From an uncultured archaeon (GTDB lineage Archaea; Asgardarchaeota; Lokiarchaeia; Sigyniarchaeales; SOKP01): a DNA stretch of 64,000 nt. Numbering within the stretch: the stretch's first letter is position 1; each line of letters starts with the position of its first letter. The DNA is taken from the NCBI GenBank assembly GCA_964388035.1, contig CAYLZE010000012.1, positions 1 through 64,000 of the forward strand. Reading direction: 5' to 3'. The notes beneath the pieces are model-generated. The model had not been told where the DNA came from. It saw nothing but the letters and a program-made list of their open reading frames with translations, and ran no database searches. This document shows, in pieces, positions 41,463 through 51,159 of this stretch. A program made the position numbers and the translations under genes.

Positions 41463-42212
41463 ATGGTGGAAATAAATAAAGAAAATTTCGATAGAATAAG
41501 TGCGGAAATTGATGAACTCATTAATAAGGAGTTATCCGAAAATCCCGCTCTTCTGGCTGTCAACATAGGAACACCGGGGGGAACACCAATTATTTCCGAG
41601 TTTAGAAAACAAGCAGATAAATCAACAAAATTAAATGAAAATGAAATTTCTGCTGCCACAAGTAGTCTCCTTTTCTTATCGTCTAAGCTCTTAAAAGATT
41701 CAATAGAACAAGAAATCTCATATAATGTAATAACTGGAAAAGAGAAAATTATCCTTAGCTTTTTAACAGAAAATATCACCATGGTGGCGTATCTAAAAAG
41801 GGAATTAGTAGATTTAGAGGGTTTAGATACTTATATTAAGAGATTAGGAAAATTCTCTCTGCAAATTTCTGCAATAGTCGAAACCAGTGAAGTTATCAAG
41901 GAGGAAATATTTAAAGCCCTGAAGAGAGCAATTCCGGATGTCATCTTAATCGCGATCATTACAAAAGAAGGTCTTCCCATTAAAATCCAAAGCTTAATGC
42001 CAGAGCCCATGATTTCCGCAATGGTGTCTGCGTTATATAATTTATCGACAATCTTATTAGAGACCAAAAATCTCGAGTATTCAATCATCTCGGGAGAAAA
42101 AGGATCAATTATTGTTCATAGCATCGATGATAGAAGAATACTCTGTATTGCCGTACCAGAAAAAGAAAAATTGGGAAGCTATATTGCTAAAATAAAAAAT
42201 ATCATTAAATAA
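41463..42212 (+). CDS. Tandem Roadblock/LC7 domain protein
   Basis: Two similar halves: AVNIGTPGGTPI...ISAATSSL and IAIITKEGLPI...ISAMVSAL. Confidence 0.8.
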   Translation: MVEINKENFDRISAEIDELINKELSENPALLAVNIGTPGGTPIISEFRKQADKSTKLNENEISAATSSLLFLSSKLLKDSIEQEISYNVITGKEKIILSFLTENITMVAYLKRELVDLEGLDTYIKRLGKFSLQISAIVETSEVIKEEIFKALKRAIPDVILIAIITKEGLPIKIQSLMPEPMISAMVSALYNLSTILLETKNLEYSIISGEKGSIIVHSIDDRRILCIAVPEKEKLGSYIAKIKNIIK

Positions 42213-42217
42213 ATGAT

Positions 42218-43687
42218 TTACTTTTCTAATACCATCTGAATTATCGATTTTGCAGGAATAATATATTCCCCCTTCTGATATAATTTCTCATTAAACGATG
42301 ATAACATTACTTCAAAAGGTTTTTGAAAGGTATTATAAGTTCTTAAATCTCCTGCGCTAATAATTGAACTCGTTATTTTTTTTGGATCAAAACCTTCCAT
42401 GATAATTTTACATGGAATTTCATTATCTGGGTCTCTATTAATAATATTAAGGATAAGATTATTTTCCTCAGTTTCAATGCAGGTTGCATCAATACATTTC
42501 GCATTAGAATCCATTAAATTAGGTGATTCTATTACGGTATCATGAGCAATGCCACCTCCGCATTTTCTAAGCATTTTAAAAACATAATAACTAGTCCTTA
42601 ATAGGATTCCATCATCATTTGCATGAATTAATCCACGTGTATTAACGCTGGGTGAATAATTTGCCATGATGATAAAATTAGAATGCCTCATCAAGATATT
42701 CAAGAAACCTGCAGTATAAAGTGCGTGGGCAAGATCATATTGTTCTGGATCATCATTTTCATCGATTTTCTCCTCTTCCCATGCAAACTCATTCCATTCA
42801 TCAACTGATATTTTAATGAATTCCTTTCGCCCCACGCGACTACACGCTTCTTTTATGGAAGTAATAGTTTGTACTATTTGCTTTTCTACTTTACGAAGGT
42901 CCAATGTGGATTTTAGATGTGAATTTCGAGTAGTGGCTCTAATTTGGCAATAATGATGATAGGACAATATATTAATTTCCTTAACTATCTCATCTATTGA
43001 AAATAATTGTTCATTCCATTTTCTAGCTAAGATCGGATCAGATCCCACTACAACAAAATTCAAGTCGGGATCTTCTTTCAACATGGCCCGCTTATATTCA
43101 AGCATGTCCTTTCCGTAATCTAACCCATTCTTATAATACCCAATTTGCCACGGACCCCAGCATTCATTTCCTAAACCCCACCATTTAACTTTAAAGGGCT
43201 TTTCATAACCTGCTTCTGCTCTCAAGTTTGCCTCATCTCCTTCAATTGCATTGCAATAACGCACCCAACTTGCTGCTTCTTGAGGAGTGGGGTTTCTTTC
43301 ATCTTTACCAACACCCACGCATATTAATGGTTCTGCTCCTATTCGCTTGCAATGTTCTATAAATTCACCAGTACCAAACTTGTGAGATTCAACTTCCTTC
43401 CAATGTGGATTTTGGCGTTGCTTTCTCTCCTTTTTAGGTCCTACCCCCCACAACCAATGATATCCGCTCGTATAATTTCCCCCTGGCCAGCGAAGGAGGG
43501 GAGGTGCCAGCTCTTTTAATGCTGCTTGAACGTCTAATCTAAATCCTTCTTTATCAGAAAATTTAGATTTTTCCTGATATATTCCACCATAAATTTGCTT
43601 GGGGAAATGTTCAATAAATAATCCGAAAATTCTTGGATCTACTGTAGCAATTGGTTTCTTTAAATTAACACTAATCAAAGCTGTCAA
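42218..43687 (-). CDS. Alpha-L-arabinofuranosidase, GH51
   Basis: FIEH, RWPGGN, WGLGNE (acid/base) and DEWN (nucleophile). Confidence 0.92.
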   Translation of the reverse strand: MTALISVNLKKPIATVDPRIFGLFIEHFPKQIYGGIYQEKSKFSDKEGFRLDVQAALKELAPPLLRWPGGNYTSGYHWLWGVGPKKERKQRQNPHWKEVESHKFGTGEFIEHCKRIGAEPLICVGVGKDERNPTPQEAASWVRYCNAIEGDEANLRAEAGYEKPFKVKWWGLGNECWGPWQIGYYKNGLDYGKDMLEYKRAMLKEDPDLNFVVVGSDPILARKWNEQLFSIDEIVKEINILSYHHYCQIRATTRNSHLKSTLDLRKVEKQIVQTITSIKEACSRVGRKEFIKISVDEWNEFAWEEEKIDENDDPEQYDLAHALYTAGFLNILMRHSNFIIMANYSPSVNTRGLIHANDDGILLRTSYYVFKMLRKCGGGIAHDTVIESPNLMDSNAKCIDATCIETEENNLILNIINRDPDNEIPCKIIMEGFDPKKITSSIISAGDLRTYNTFQKPFEVMLSSFNEKLYQKGEYIIPAKSIIQMVLEK

Positions 43688-43889
43688 TGTGCATTTTCCT
43701 TGATAATGTATTTTTTCTTGGATGACTTAATTAATGATACCAATAATTAAATATTATGCAAAAGTACACGTTTGGGGAGAACAAGTCAATGCGTGATGAT
43801 CCTATTTAAACTTGGATTAACATGTTTTTTAATTTAATCCCTTAAAGAAGTATTTTTATAAATCGTAATAGCTGTATAATTCTTCATCA

Positions 43890-45140
43890 TTACCCATCAA
43901 TTATTCTATATATCTCATCCACGATTTTTAATGCCCCGAAAAACGAAGAGTTGAAAGATACGGCAACATTTAAAATCGTACATAATGGTTCTCCCTTAAA
44001 AGCTTTCTTTTTTGGAATCGTTTTATCGTGAATGTTCGGTAAATTATTAATTCGTTCTATTGATTCTTCTGATATCGTTTTAGGAGCAAAAAATATGAAC
44101 TTGGTGGCAAATTGTGCAGGTACATAGGTGTTTAGCATATTGACGATTCCATCCCATTGATTCAAGTCAAATGATTTAACATGCAAATCCATGAGATTCA
44201 AGCTCATTGCACTTTCTGAAACATTTATGGAACCGGGGATTCTAGGATTTATTTCCATGAAATAAGGAACATGATTTCTTAATACAAAATCAAAACCGTT
44301 AATCCCCTTCAGTCCTAGATGCTTGGATAAATATAATGAAATTTCAGCAATTTGTCGTTCATCGCTTTTTAAGAGATTGCTTGGAACGATATTTCCACTG
44401 TACATGAATTCTTTTGGTGAATTCAAGCAACTTAATCCAATTACTTGGCGATTAACGGTAATTACATTACTTTGTGCTCCATTCGAGATAGTAGTACAGC
44501 TCACAGGTATACCTTCTATATACTCTTGAACTAACCATTCGTTAGCATTAAACTTATTTACCTTCAGGCTTTCCACTATAAAATCCAAAGATTGCTTATT
44601 ATCCACTCTATATACATTCACTCCGCCCGCACCTGTCCTTTTTTTTAGAACTAGCGGAAAATTAAAAATATTCTCCTTTTCTAAAAAAAGATCAAAGGGA
44701 ATAGTTTTGGGAGCGTGATATCCTTCTTTTTTAAGTATTACATGAAGAAACTCCAAATTCCTTGCTTTTTTAATAATATCGGTCGCATTATTGACAAATT
44801 TTGCTTTTAAATGTTGAGTTATTATTGATTTTTGTATCATTTCTCTTTCTTCTGAAGCATCATCTAACCCACTTCCGATAATCAAAAAATCAATATTTGA
44901 ATTTTCCTTCATCATATCAATAGCATACAAGGCTAAGAATTTACCATACTCTTGCTTGAGAAGGTTATAGTTCTTACCTACTTCTTCCGTGAGAATTTTA
45001 TAATCTTTAACCAGCGGAAAAAGATCTAAATCTCCGAAAAAATCCACTACATATACTTCATAACCTGCTTTATGAAGAGATTCAACCAGGGGACGAGAGT
45101 TAAATCCAACGACTAAAACAGACGATTTCTCTTTATTCAT
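43890..45140 (-). CDS. ATP-grasp domain protein (archaeal carboligase-like)
   Basis: DFFGDLD, GAGG, QEYIEG, GINGFDF and EINPR. Confidence 0.85.
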   Translation of the reverse strand: MNKEKSSVLVVGFNSRPLVESLHKAGYEVYVVDFFGDLDLFPLVKDYKILTEEVGKNYNLLKQEYGKFLALYAIDMMKENSNIDFLIIGSGLDDASEEREMIQKSIITQHLKAKFVNNATDIIKKARNLEFLHVILKKEGYHAPKTIPFDLFLEKENIFNFPLVLKKRTGAGGVNVYRVDNKQSLDFIVESLKVNKFNANEWLVQEYIEGIPVSCTTISNGAQSNVITVNRQVIGLSCLNSPKEFMYSGNIVPSNLLKSDERQIAEISLYLSKHLGLKGINGFDFVLRNHVPYFMEINPRIPGSINVSESAMSLNLMDLHVKSFDLNQWDGIVNMLNTYVPAQFATKFIFFAPKTISEESIERINNLPNIHDKTIPKKKAFKGEPLCTILNVAVSFNSSFFGALKIVDEIYRIIDG

Positions 45141-45202
45141 GGATCAAGTTACTTTATTTACCATAAAAGGATAAGAACAATTTAAAAAGTACCTAATAAT
45201 TT

Positions 45203-47407
45203 TTATAATATTTTCTTCAGCTCTAAAATAAGAGAGCTGGGATTGTATCTATCAAATTGATAAATATCTGCATTATATTTTTTGAAATTCTTTTTAATTT
45301 GTTCGGCAGAATATGGATGAACTCCTAAGGCGCGGGTGGCTTGAGACTTCTTAGGTTCAAGTACCACCGTATAAATCTTTTGCTGCGCTATTTTTTTGGC
45401 AAGATCTTTTAATTCTTCAATAATTAGAATGTAATCGGATTCTACTTGTGCCACGAGGTCTGGATATTTTACAGAAATATTTGCTCCCATATCACTACAA
45501 ATGAAAATTACGGGAATGATATTTCTATTCTTAAGCTTCTCAATTTTAATAAGTCTTAAACATTCATTTAACCCTGCCGCCATGGGAGTATAGGACCTTC
45601 CTTCAATATTCTTCAACTTTCTTAAAGCATTCTTGAAAGAAACTGTGGGTTTCTGTAAAACGATGGAGTCTTTCCCCCGAAATACAATTAATGAAATTTT
45701 ATCCCGCTTTCTGTATCCTTCTTTCTGAAGAGAAAGAATTACATCCGTCATTTGTTTTATAACGTAATACATCGAAGCGGAACTATCGAGTACAAAAAAG
45801 AGTGCTAAAGGGGCTCGATATTCAAAGATCTTATCCATGAGATCTTTTTCATCAAATCTCAGTGGAAATTGGATTTCCGATTGATTATAAATCTTATTCT
45901 TTAAATGACTACGTATGGTGGCGTCCAATGCCAACCTTTTGGGCTGATGATTTAATGGTCTTCTATAGGTCACGTACCTTCCTTTTTGAGATGATACCAT
46001 TTTTATGCGTCGTCCTATTCCCCGTCCTCCATAGTTGGAAATTTTACGATCTTTTCGAATATTATCTAAAATGGAGGTCATCTTTTTTTCCATGCTATAT
46101 ATTAAGGGCATGGCATCCATTTTGTTCTCATAAAATTTAAAGGTCTCCTTTTCGGTTGGGACCTTCTTTACTTTCCATCCTCCAGCAGGAGTCGCATTCC
46201 TTTTCTTCTCATCAGGATATTTGGGAGAAGGTAATTTTTGTTCTTTCGTCTCAGGAATATCTACTTTCTCAGGATCAACGGGTTGTCGTTGAAATTCCTT
46301 TTGAGGCTCATCAGTATGCTTTAATGGTCCTTCTGTCTCTCTATTTGGCTGATAAACTTTCAAATCTTCTATTGCTTCTTGAATTTTCCCATAAACTTCC
46401 GCTATTTTAGCTTCAATCTCTTCGGGGGTCATCTCATAATGCAAGGACTTTATTCTATGTTCAAAAACTAAATCCATTGCGATGTTCATGTCCTCTTGAT
46501 TAATAATCCTTCTTCCGTTAAAGGCAGCATGAGCACGAGCACAGCGCACATAGGTAATGTCAGCCCTTTGAGAAAAGATATCCAATTCATTAACTATCTT
46601 TGAAATCAGTTCATAAACAGCATTCGGAATTTCTACATCTTTTATGATTTCTCGTGCTTTACTAATTTTATTTCGCAATTCTTCTTGATCTTTTTCGTAC
46701 TTCTTTATAAATTCCCTGGGATTATCATGAAACTCGATTACTCTACGTGTTATTTCTGCTCTTAGTTTGGGGTCTCGCGGAGACACAATCTTGACTTCCA
46801 GTCCCAATCTATCTGCTATTTGGGGCCTTAATTCTCCTTCTTCAGGATTCATGCTTCCCACCAATACGAATCGAGAGGGATGCATGACAGAAATCCCCTC
46901 TCTTTCTATGATATTAACTCCAGAAGCTGCTGAGTCTAAGAGCGTATCCACGATATGATCTTGGAGCAAGTTAATTTCATCTATATAGAGTATTCCACGA
47001 TTTGCTTTAGCCAATAATCCTGGATGCAATTCCGATACTCCTTTTGAAAGAACTTTTTCAATAGAAAGAGAACCACAAACCATATCTTCCGTTACTCCAA
47101 GAGGTAGATTGATAAGTTCCATCTCCCTTGACTCTAATGCTAATTGTCCGTTTTCCTCCTTTTTCTTACACTCATCGCATAATTCCTCTAAATTCGAATT
47201 AGGATCGCATGAAAAAGGACAATCTTGAACAACTTCAATTTGAGGCATAATATCCACCAAGGATCTCACTGCTGTAGATTTACCCGTGCCTTGATGCCCA
47301 CTTAGAAGTACCCCCCCGATCTGAGGATCAAGCACATTCAAAATTAAGGCCATTTTTAACCTATCTTGTCCCAATATCGCAGAAAAGGGGAAATTTATTT
47401 TTTTCAT
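45203..47407 (-). CDS. ChlI/ChlD-like AAA+ ATPase fused to a vWA domain
   Basis: FPFSAILGQ, GTGKST, PGLLAKANRGILYIDEINLL, SMNPEEGELR; MIDAS DSSAS. Confidence 0.92.
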   Translation of the reverse strand: MKKINFPFSAILGQDRLKMALILNVLDPQIGGVLLSGHQGTGKSTAVRSLVDIMPQIEVVQDCPFSCDPNSNLEELCDECKKKEENGQLALESREMELINLPLGVTEDMVCGSLSIEKVLSKGVSELHPGLLAKANRGILYIDEINLLQDHIVDTLLDSAASGVNIIEREGISVMHPSRFVLVGSMNPEEGELRPQIADRLGLEVKIVSPRDPKLRAEITRRVIEFHDNPREFIKKYEKDQEELRNKISKAREIIKDVEIPNAVYELISKIVNELDIFSQRADITYVRCARAHAAFNGRRIINQEDMNIAMDLVFEHRIKSLHYEMTPEEIEAKIAEVYGKIQEAIEDLKVYQPNRETEGPLKHTDEPQKEFQRQPVDPEKVDIPETKEQKLPSPKYPDEKKRNATPAGGWKVKKVPTEKETFKFYENKMDAMPLIYSMEKKMTSILDNIRKDRKISNYGGRGIGRRIKMVSSQKGRYVTYRRPLNHQPKRLALDATIRSHLKNKIYNQSEIQFPLRFDEKDLMDKIFEYRAPLALFFVLDSSASMYYVIKQMTDVILSLQKEGYRKRDKISLIVFRGKDSIVLQKPTVSFKNALRKLKNIEGRSYTPMAAGLNECLRLIKIEKLKNRNIIPVIFICSDMGANISVKYPDLVAQVESDYILIIEELKDLAKKIAQQKIYTVVLEPKKSQATRALGVHPYSAEQIKKNFKKYNADIYQFDRYNPSSLILELKKIL

Positions 47408-47658
47408 TTTTCAAATCAATTAATAATTAATTTATCTCCTTTAAAGCTTCTGAAAAGAAAACCCAATGCAATTCAAGAAGACCTTTCCAATAAAAATTAG
47501 GAGAACAAAAAACATTTTGCTTAATGAAAAAAATTAAAATTAGGTTAACAATTTTATGGATACGTGATTCAAATTTTAGCCAATTCAATATAAGATATTT
47601 GAAAATATAAAGATTTTAATTGAAGGTGTTTTGGTAGTTCCTATTTTAAATCACGTGA

Positions 47659-48621
47659 TTAAAATAATTTTGAAATTTCAGTAATTTTTAGTTCTAATCC
47701 TGAAACGGTCTCATCCCATTGGTGCAAGACTTCCTCGAGTTGAGGAATTACGCTCTCTCTTTCTTTATACTCCAAATAACTCATGAAAGATTTTATATGA
47801 TCAATTTGAATAAAAGTCTCCGCTACATATTTGTTGATATCTTTTTTTTGGTTTTCTAAAACCTCTGTTACTCTGGTGGATTCACCTTTTCTCACGAGAG
47901 TTTTCAAGTACTCTTCTGTCCCAAGGAGCATCGAATCCAACTTATTTATCCTCTCATTCACATAATTTCGATAAAAATCAATGATGTTATCGCGAGGGAA
48001 AAAATTTGTCACGTCGATGATTAACCGCTGTGCTTCAAGGATCATTTTTTCTGGACTTTCAAAACCTTCAATTTTATATTCGATTTCGTGAAAATTACTT
48101 TTTTCATTATTTGCATCTTCTAAACGAAAGATTTTAAATCCCGGATCCTTCTCCAATTTTTTAACAGGATCTCCCTTTCTGTTTGGTAATTCTTCTTGTT
48201 TTAATAAGCGCTCATGATTAAATACCAATGAAATTGCTAAAGGATTTATGCTCTGATAAGATAATGTAGTTTTTCTATCTCCAAATCCTGAGAGCATGAC
48301 CTTGAATCCGGGATGGCTATGCCACCAACCTATCACAAATTCATCCCTGGAATAGGCTTCATCTTCAATCATTGTCGTAGAAATATAATCCTCGTCCGAC
48401 CACACGTATCTATCAACAACCGCATTTGGATCATATGTTTCATGCATGATAGGATATGCTTCACTAACGATTACATCTTCCTTTTTTTTCTTTCCCACAT
48501 TCTTACCAATAAAGATACCGTTTGCCTCTAACCATTGCTCCTTGGGAATCTTCTTATTTGCAAAGCGAACACATGCTGCAACAATTGTAAAATATACCGA
48601 TTTAGGAATAATAACTGTCAT
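47659..48621 (-). CDS. JAB/MPN (Rpn11-like) metallo-isopeptidase with helical C-terminus; likely start at 48621 rather than 48690
   Basis: WLEANGIFIG and GWWHSHPGFKVMLSGFGD. Confidence 0.85.
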   Translation of the reverse strand: MTVIIPKSVYFTIVAACVRFANKKIPKEQWLEANGIFIGKNVGKKKKEDVIVSEAYPIMHETYDPNAVVDRYVWSDEDYISTTMIEDEAYSRDEFVIGWWHSHPGFKVMLSGFGDRKTTLSYQSINPLAISLVFNHERLLKQEELPNRKGDPVKKLEKDPGFKIFRLEDANNEKSNFHEIEYKIEGFESPEKMILEAQRLIIDVTNFFPRDNIIDFYRNYVNERINKLDSMLLGTEEYLKTLVRKGESTRVTEVLENQKKDINKYVAETFIQIDHIKSFMSYLEYKERESVIPQLEEVLHQWDETVSGLELKITEISKLF

Positions 48622-48786
48622 GATTTTTTTATAAAAATATTCATTTTCTCTAAACTTAATATAATTGATTGTCTTTTTATTTTTTTTCAAATGAATAAGA
48701 GAAAAGCCAAAAATTATTTATAGATTAATTTCTATCTAATTAGTAATATTTAGTTCATATTTGTTCTATCATCGATTAAGAAAAGA

Positions 48787-49485
48787 GTGAATAAATTGGT
48801 TGAGATGGGATTTGCACCGCTGAGTACAGCTTTAGGTATAGCGGGAACATCATATTTAGTACAATTAGGATTAATTAATGAGAAATGGGCAGCACGGGTT
48901 TTAAAAGGTCGAGATGTTATCGATTCATATGTATTTAAAGATGAAGACATTGATGCTGACCGACCAAACTCAAACATTATTGTTGGTTGGATATTGCGTA
49001 CCATAACACTTCCAAATATCAATCCTTACGGTGTAATGAAAACGGTTCAAGCTTTATTAAAACAAGCAGTCGATAAAAAAGATAAGCATCGCATGTCCGC
49101 TCCAATATCTGAAACCCAACATGTTAAGTTAGAGCAAGTTCCACAAAATGAGTTAAAGAGACCTGCAGTTCAAGGGACGGTGGTAGATGATTCTAAAAGC
49201 GAGCAGGATAAACGTGACGCTTTTAAGCAGAAAGTTTTATTTTCTCGAGAACAGGAACCACCATTTGCCTCGACTACCACGTCAACCACGACTACCTCCC
49301 GCAAGCTCCCTTCTATACCGTCGGCTTCTTCCTCAGATAACGAATCTATCCCTTTCGCTACCCAAACTGGTGCCGCAGAATCATCTAAACAAGGTGAAAA
49401 AGGATCAAAATTCTGTCCTTACTGTGGGGGTAATCTAAATTGGCACTATTGTCCTTATTGCGGCAAGAAATTGCCACACGAGTAA
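48787..49485 (+). CDS. Hypothetical protein with disordered S/T linker and C-terminal double zinc ribbon
   Basis: STTTSTTTTS linker; CPYCG...CPYCG. Confidence 0.8.
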   Translation: MNKLVEMGFAPLSTALGIAGTSYLVQLGLINEKWAARVLKGRDVIDSYVFKDEDIDADRPNSNIIVGWILRTITLPNINPYGVMKTVQALLKQAVDKKDKHRMSAPISETQHVKLEQVPQNELKRPAVQGTVVDDSKSEQDKRDAFKQKVLFSREQEPPFASTTTSTTTTSRKLPSIPSASSSDNESIPFATQTGAAESSKQGEKGSKFCPYCGGNLNWHYCPYCGKKLPHE

Positions 49486-49620
49486 TTTTAAGTTAACTTT
49501 TCCTTCTCTCTTTTTTGGATTTTTAAATAAAAATTTTATAAATTAAAGATTTATATCGAATTCTTTATATATATGATAGATACTGATCTGGATAAATTAG
49601 AATTAAGATAATGAAGCGGG

Positions 49621-51159
49621 TTGGATTTGCGAGATAAATCGTTAGTGATTATAAAACCGAAAGCATTTTATAAAATGCTAGTTCACGTGCTTAGATTTGG
49701 TAATAAAGTGAGGGATAAAAACCAATATGAAGAGGGCTCCGTTGAGGTGATGGGCATGTTAATCGGGAGGTTGGAAGGTGATGAGGAGCCAAAAAACGTG
49801 ATCGTGGATGATGCTATCCCCATATCACACGGAGGTTCAATTGAGGTCTCCTTTACAATTGAAGATTATGCCACTTTTACAGATATTGAATATAAAATAA
49901 CCCAAAAATATCCTGATTTATTTAATGTGGGATGGTATCATAGTCATCCTAATCTTGGTCTCTTCTTCTCGGGAACAGATATTAAAAATCAAATGGGATT
50001 TCGTTTTCCAAGTTCAATTGGAATTGTTTTTGACCATAGCTTGTTCATGACAAGTGAAGAAGAGTTAGGATTCAAAACTTTTAGGCTGAATGATTTTTCA
50101 AAAGTGACACCATCCAATTATCATGAAGTGAAAACAATAATTGAACCGCCCGATTCTCTTGATTTTTATGTCAACTTGATTAATCTCTTTAATGCTATTC
50201 ATTTAAAACAGCTTCCTATTTTAGAAGCAAGCGAAACACCTGATTTAATTGGAGAAATTAGTATTCCTAATCAAGACCAATTGAAATCGAAAAAACCCAT
50301 AATCCATTCAGAAGAGCTTCTTGAGCAAGTGAAAAAGGGAATAAACGGATTCATGGAGACTTCCTTGAAACCTATTTTTGAATTTTTAAATGAGTGGAGT
50401 CAAAAGATCCTGGTAGAAATTATCAAGAATAATATCGTCATGAGAGAGAATTTAGGCGAAATCATCGAGATAATAAAAATGGGATTTTCTAATTTATATA
50501 AATCAATAAAAACTATAACTTCAGATCATCTGAGTCAGCTATTCACGATATTTGATTATCAAAGTGATTTAATTCAAGAACATCAAGTTGATTCGCAGAA
50601 AGAAATGGAAGAATTAAGAACTGAAATAATGGAGACAGTTAATTCCTTCGTACAAAATAACCTCATGAATCCCTTTAATGAGAAGTTAGAAAATATTGGA
50701 GTCAATTTAGAACAAATGGGAAAAATGAATACAAATTTGAGAGATATGGATAAAAATATTGAATCTTTCCAAAATGAATTAAAGGGCTTAAGTGGGAAAT
50801 TCTCTTTATTTAATTCTACATTCAATAAATCTATTGATGATAATAAAACCTCATATCAAGAAATAAGAGAGAATAATTTAAAAATATTAGAAGAAAAATT
50901 TGATAAAGTTGATGAACACATTGATATCCTTGAAGATTATTTGGTAAATATATCTAAAGAGATAAAAAATGCTATTCAAAAGATAAAAACTAAAATTCAC
51001 GATTATAAACAAGAAAAATCTTCTTTGGAAGAAAAAATGAAAGCTTTAACAGGGGAAAGGAATGCACTTGATAAGGATCTCAAAAAAACAAAAGAGATGA
51101 TAAATGAATTAAATTCACGATTAGAAAGGGCTGATATTAAAGGAGGTAGTAAAGACTAA
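49621..51159 (+). CDS. MPN+ (JAMM) isopeptidase with long helical/coiled-coil tail
   Basis: EVMGMLIG and canonical GWYHSHPNLGLFFSGTD. Confidence 0.9.
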   Translation: MDLRDKSLVIIKPKAFYKMLVHVLRFGNKVRDKNQYEEGSVEVMGMLIGRLEGDEEPKNVIVDDAIPISHGGSIEVSFTIEDYATFTDIEYKITQKYPDLFNVGWYHSHPNLGLFFSGTDIKNQMGFRFPSSIGIVFDHSLFMTSEEELGFKTFRLNDFSKVTPSNYHEVKTIIEPPDSLDFYVNLINLFNAIHLKQLPILEASETPDLIGEISIPNQDQLKSKKPIIHSEELLEQVKKGINGFMETSLKPIFEFLNEWSQKILVEIIKNNIVMRENLGEIIEIIKMGFSNLYKSIKTITSDHLSQLFTIFDYQSDLIQEHQVDSQKEMEELRTEIMETVNSFVQNNLMNPFNEKLENIGVNLEQMGKMNTNLRDMDKNIESFQNELKGLSGKFSLFNSTFNKSIDDNKTSYQEIRENNLKILEEKFDKVDEHIDILEDYLVNISKEIKNAIQKIKTKIHDYKQEKSSLEEKMKALTGERNALDKDLKKTKEMINELNSRLERADIKGGSKD

